A DNA stretch of 64,000 nucleotides from Escherichia coli (lineage in GTDB: Bacteria > Pseudomonadota > Gammaproteobacteria > Enterobacterales > Enterobacteriaceae), in assembly GCF_003018115.1 (NCBI RefSeq), contig NZ_CP027457.1; one strand, given 5' to 3'. The notes under the pieces are model-generated. The model made no database searches. It had not been told where the DNA came from and saw only the letters and a list, made by a program, of their open reading frames with translations. Both the position numbers and the translations under genes were made by a program. This document shows, piece after piece, positions 59,328 through 64,000 of the stretch; the first letter of the stretch is position 1; every line of letters starts with the position of its first letter.

Positions 59328-59520
59328 TTTGTACTTTCTTGTCTCCTCTGTTCATAATTCAAACCGTAACTAATAATGAGATTATGTTCTGCACGCCCTG
59401 GGTATACGTAACAATGGACAAATGTGGTACATTTGCCCGCGTTGTCGCGGTATCCCCAACAGAGGATGTAGAGTCGTCTTCGGATGCATGGGATGATGAT
59501 GCCGTTTTTCAGGGGGCAGG

Positions 59521-59832
59521 ATGGGTAAACTAACGCTGCTGTTGCTGGCTATTCTGGTCTGGCTACAGTATTCGCTGTGGTTCGGTAAGAACGGTATACA
59601 TGACTATACCCGCGTCAATGATGATGTGGCGGCACAGCAAGCTACAAACGCGAAACTTAAAGCGCGAAACGATCAACTTTTTGCCGAAATTGACGATCTC
59701 AATGGCGGCCAGGAGGCGCTCGAAGAGCGTGCGCGTAATGAACTCAGCATGACCAGGCCGGGCGAAACTTTTTATCGTCTGGTGCCTGACGCGTCGAAGC
59801 GCGCACAGTCTGCGGGGCAAAACAATCGATAA
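59521..59832 (+). CDS. ftsB: cell division protein FtsB
   Basis: 103-aa [32 protein letters not shown]... Confidence 0.9.
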
Positions 59833-59850
59833 ATCAGCCCGGGAATTAAC

Positions 59851-60561
59851 ATGGCAACCACTCATTTGGATGTTTGCGCCGTGGTTCCGGCGGCCGGATT
59901 TGGCCGTCGAATGCAAACGGAATGTCCTAAGCAATATCTCTCAATCGGTAATCAAACCATTCTTGAACACTCGGTGCATGCGCTGCTGGCGCATCCCCGG
60001 GTGAAACGTGTCGTCATTGCCATAAGTCCTGGCGATAGCCGTTTTGCACAACTTCCTCTGGCGAATCATCCGCAAATCACCGTTGTAGATGGCGGTGATG
60101 AGCGTGCCGATTCCGTGCTGGCAGGTTTGAAAGCCGCTGGCGACGCGCAGTGGGTATTGGTGCATGACGCCGCTCGTCCTTGTCTGCATCAGGATGACCT
60201 CGCGCGATTGTTGGCGTTGAGCGAAACCAGCCGCACGGGAGGGATCCTAGCCGCACCAGTGCGCGATACTATGAAACGTGCCGAACCGGGCAAAAATGCC
60301 ATTGCTCATACCGTTGATCGCAACGGCTTATGGCACGCGCTGACGCCGCAATTTTTCCCTCGTGAGCTGTTACATGACTGTCTGACGCGCGCTCTAAATG
60401 AAGGCGCGACTATTACCGACGAAGCCTCGGCGCTGGAATATTGCGGATTTCATCCGCAGTTGGTCGAAGGCCGCGCGGATAACATTAAAGTCACGCGCCC
60501 GGAAGATTTGGCACTGGCCGAGTTTTACCTCACCCGAACCATCCATCAGGAGAATACATAA
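59851..60561 (+). CDS. ispD: 2-C-methyl-D-erythritol 4-phosphate cytidylyltransferase
   Basis: 236-aa ORF. Confidence 0.92.
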
Positions 60562-61040
60562 TGCGAATTGGACACGGTTTTGACGTACACGCCTTTGGCG
60601 GTGAAGGCCCAATTATCATTGGTGGCGTACGCATTCCTTACGAAAAAGGATTGCTGGCGCATTCTGATGGCGACGTGGCGCTCCATGCGTTGACCGATGC
60701 ATTGCTTGGCGCGGCGGCGCTGGGGGATATCGGCAAACTGTTCCCGGATACCGATCCGGCATTTAAAGGTGCCGACAGCCGCGAGCTGCTACGCGAAGCC
60801 TGGCGTCGTATTCAGGCGAAGGGTTATACCCTTGGCAACGTCGATGTCACTATCATCGCTCAGGCACCGAAGATGTTGCCGCACATTCCACAAATGCGCG
60901 TGTTTATTGCCGAAGATCTCGGCTGTCATATGGATGATGTTAACGTGAAAGCCACTACTACGGAAAAACTTGGATTTACCGGACGTGGGGAAGGGATTGC
61001 CTGTGAAGCGGTGGCGCTACTCATTAAGGCAACAAAATGA
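60561..61040 (+). CDS. ispF: 2-C-methyl-D-erythritol 2,4-cyclodiphosphate synthase
   Basis: 159-aa [42 protein letters not shown]... Confidence 0.94.
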
Positions 61041-62066
61041 TTGAGTTTGATAATCTCACTTACCTCCACGGTAAACCGCAAGGCACCGGGCTGCTGAAAG
61101 CCAATCCGGAAGACTTTGTGGTGGTGGAAGATTTGGGCTTTGAGCCTGATGGTGAAGGTGAGCATATTCTGGTTAGAATCCTCAAAAACGGCTGCAATAC
61201 CCGTTTTGTGGCGGATGCACTGGCGAAATTCCTGAAAATTCATTCCCGTGAAGTCAGCTTCGCTGGGCAAAAAGACAAACATGCTGTAACGGAACAGTGG
61301 TTATGCGCTCGCGTGCCGGGCAAAGAGATGCCCGATCTGAGCGCCTTTCAACTGGAAGGCTGCCAGGTGCTGGAGTATGCGCGGCACAAGCGCAAGCTGC
61401 GTTTAGGGGCGCTGAAAGGTAACGCCTTTACCCTGGTACTACGCGAAGTGAGCAATCGCGATGACGTTGAACAACGTCTGATCGATATTTGCGTAAAAGG
61501 TGTACCGAACTACTTCGGTGCCCAACGTTTTGGGATTGGCGGTAGCAACTTGCAGGGCGCGCTGCGCTGGGCGCAAACCAATACTCCGGTGCGCGATCGC
61601 AATAAACGGAGTTTTTGGTTGTCGGCAGCCCGCAGTGCGTTGTTTAATCAGATTGTTGCTGAGCGCCTCAAAAAAGCAGACGTTAATCAAGTTGTTGACG
61701 GCGATGCGCTACAATTAGCCGGACGTGGTAGCTGGTTTGTAGCAACCACCGAAGAACTGGCGGAATTACAGCGTCGCGTCAACGATAAAGAGCTGATGAT
61801 AACCGCCGCATTGCCGGGCAGTGGCGAATGGGGAACTCAGCGTGAAGCGCTGGCATTCGAACAAGCAGCTGTCGCCGCAGAAACTGAATTACAAGCTTTA
61901 CTGGTGCGCGAAAAAGTTGAAGCCGCGCGCAGAGCGATGCTGCTGTATCCGCAACAATTAAGCTGGAATTGGTGGGATGACGTCACCGTAGAGATCCGTT
62001 TCTGGCTTCCGGCGGGTAGTTTTGCAACCAGCGTTGTCAGGGAACTTATCAACACAACAGGTGATT

Positions 62067-62086
<20 letters not shown>
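61037..62086 (+). CDS. truD: tRNA pseudouridine(13) synthase
   Basis: 349-aa ORF. Confidence 0.9.
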
Positions 62087-63448
<1,362 letters not shown>

Positions 63449-63587
63449 AACGTGAGGAAATACCTGGATTTTTCCTGGTTATTTTGCCGCAGGTCAGCGT
63501 ATCGTGAACATCTTTTCCAGTGTTCAGTATGGTGCCTTGCACGGTAATTATGTCACTGGTTATTAACCAATTTTTCCTGGGGGATAA

Positions 63588-64000
63588 ATGAGCGCGGGAA
63601 GCCCAAAATTCACCGTTCGCCGCATTGCGGCTTTGTCACTGGTTTCGCTATGGCTGGCAGGCTGTTCTGACACTTCAAATCCACCGGCACCGGTCAGCTC
63701 CGTTAATGGCAATGCGCCTGCAAATACCAATTCTGGTATGTTGATTACGCCGCCGCCGAAAATGGGGACGACGTCTACAGCGCAGCAACCGCAAATTCAG
63801 CCGGTACAGCAGCCACAAATTCAGGCTACTCAACAACCGCAAATCCAGCCAGTGCAGCCAGTAGCTCAGCAGCCGGTACAGATGGAAAACGGACGAATCG
63901 TCTACAACCGTCAGTATGGGAACATTCCGAAAGGCAGTTATAGCGGCAGTACATACACCGTGAAAAAAGGCGACACACTTTTCTATATCGCCTGGATTAC
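63588..64000 (+). CDS. nlpD: murein hydrolase activator lipoprotein NlpD, N-terminal part (runs off window end)
   Basis: Translation from ATG 63588: [28 protein letters not shown] (lipobox LAGC) followed by QQPQIQ repeats. Confidence 0.85.
   Translation, partial: MSAGSPKFTVRRIAALSLVSLWLAGCSDTSNPPAPVSSVNGNAPANTNSGMLITPPPKMGTTSTAQQPQIQPVQQPQIQATQQPQIQPVQPVAQQPVQMENGRIVYNRQYGNIPKGSYSGSTYTVKKGDTLFYIAWI

Noticed and set aside
59312-59533. 73-aa ORF between ygbE and ftsB
   Set aside because: It overlaps the ygbE stop and the ftsB start, has no RBS, and I do not recognise the product; most likely the ftsB promoter region.
63700-63870. Tandem QQPQIQ-encoding repeats at the window end
   Set aside because: They fall inside the NlpD coding sequence (low-complexity linker) and are not a non-coding repeat element.

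Overview
The window reads as a contiguous stretch of Escherichia coli-type core chromosome, in reverse orientation to the conventional K-12 map, running from the fucose operon to nlpD. Gene identities are recognised from the translated ORFs and conserved gene order, from memory; no database search was run. Order: fucR' <fucU<fucK<fucI<fucP | fucA>fucO> <xni<sdaB<sdaC<ppnN<queF syd> csrB> yqcC>truC>yqcA> gudP>gudX>gudD> <barA rlmD>relA>mazG>pyrG>eno> <ygcG queE> CRISPR(13 repeats) <ygcE<yqcE ygcW>ygcU>ygcS>ygcR>ygcQ> <ygcP<ygcO<ygcN<queD cysJ>cysI>cysH> hok-like> cas3(truncated)>CRISPR(7 repeats) <iap cysD>cysN>cysC>ygbE>ftsB>ispD>ispF>truD>surE>pcm>nlpD'. No transposase, integrase or prophage gene was seen. 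The notable points are: (1) both type I-E CRISPR arrays are present, but cas3 is cut off after its helicase core and fused directly to a CRISPR repeat, with no Cascade genes, cas1, cas2 or leader for that array; (2) relA is followed by a terminator and then mazG, with no mazEF toxin-antitoxin pair; (3) an intact Hok-family toxin ORF sits between cysH and cas3; (4) the poorly characterised ygc cluster has a divergent control region with two CRP-type sites and an intrinsic terminator hairpin about 25 nt upstream of each first gene, alongside a GlpP-family antiterminator gene (ygcP) in the cluster, which suggests antitermination control. I did not find a clearly foreign or wholly novel gene system; the ygc cluster and the decayed CRISPR-Cas locus are the best candidates for follow-up.
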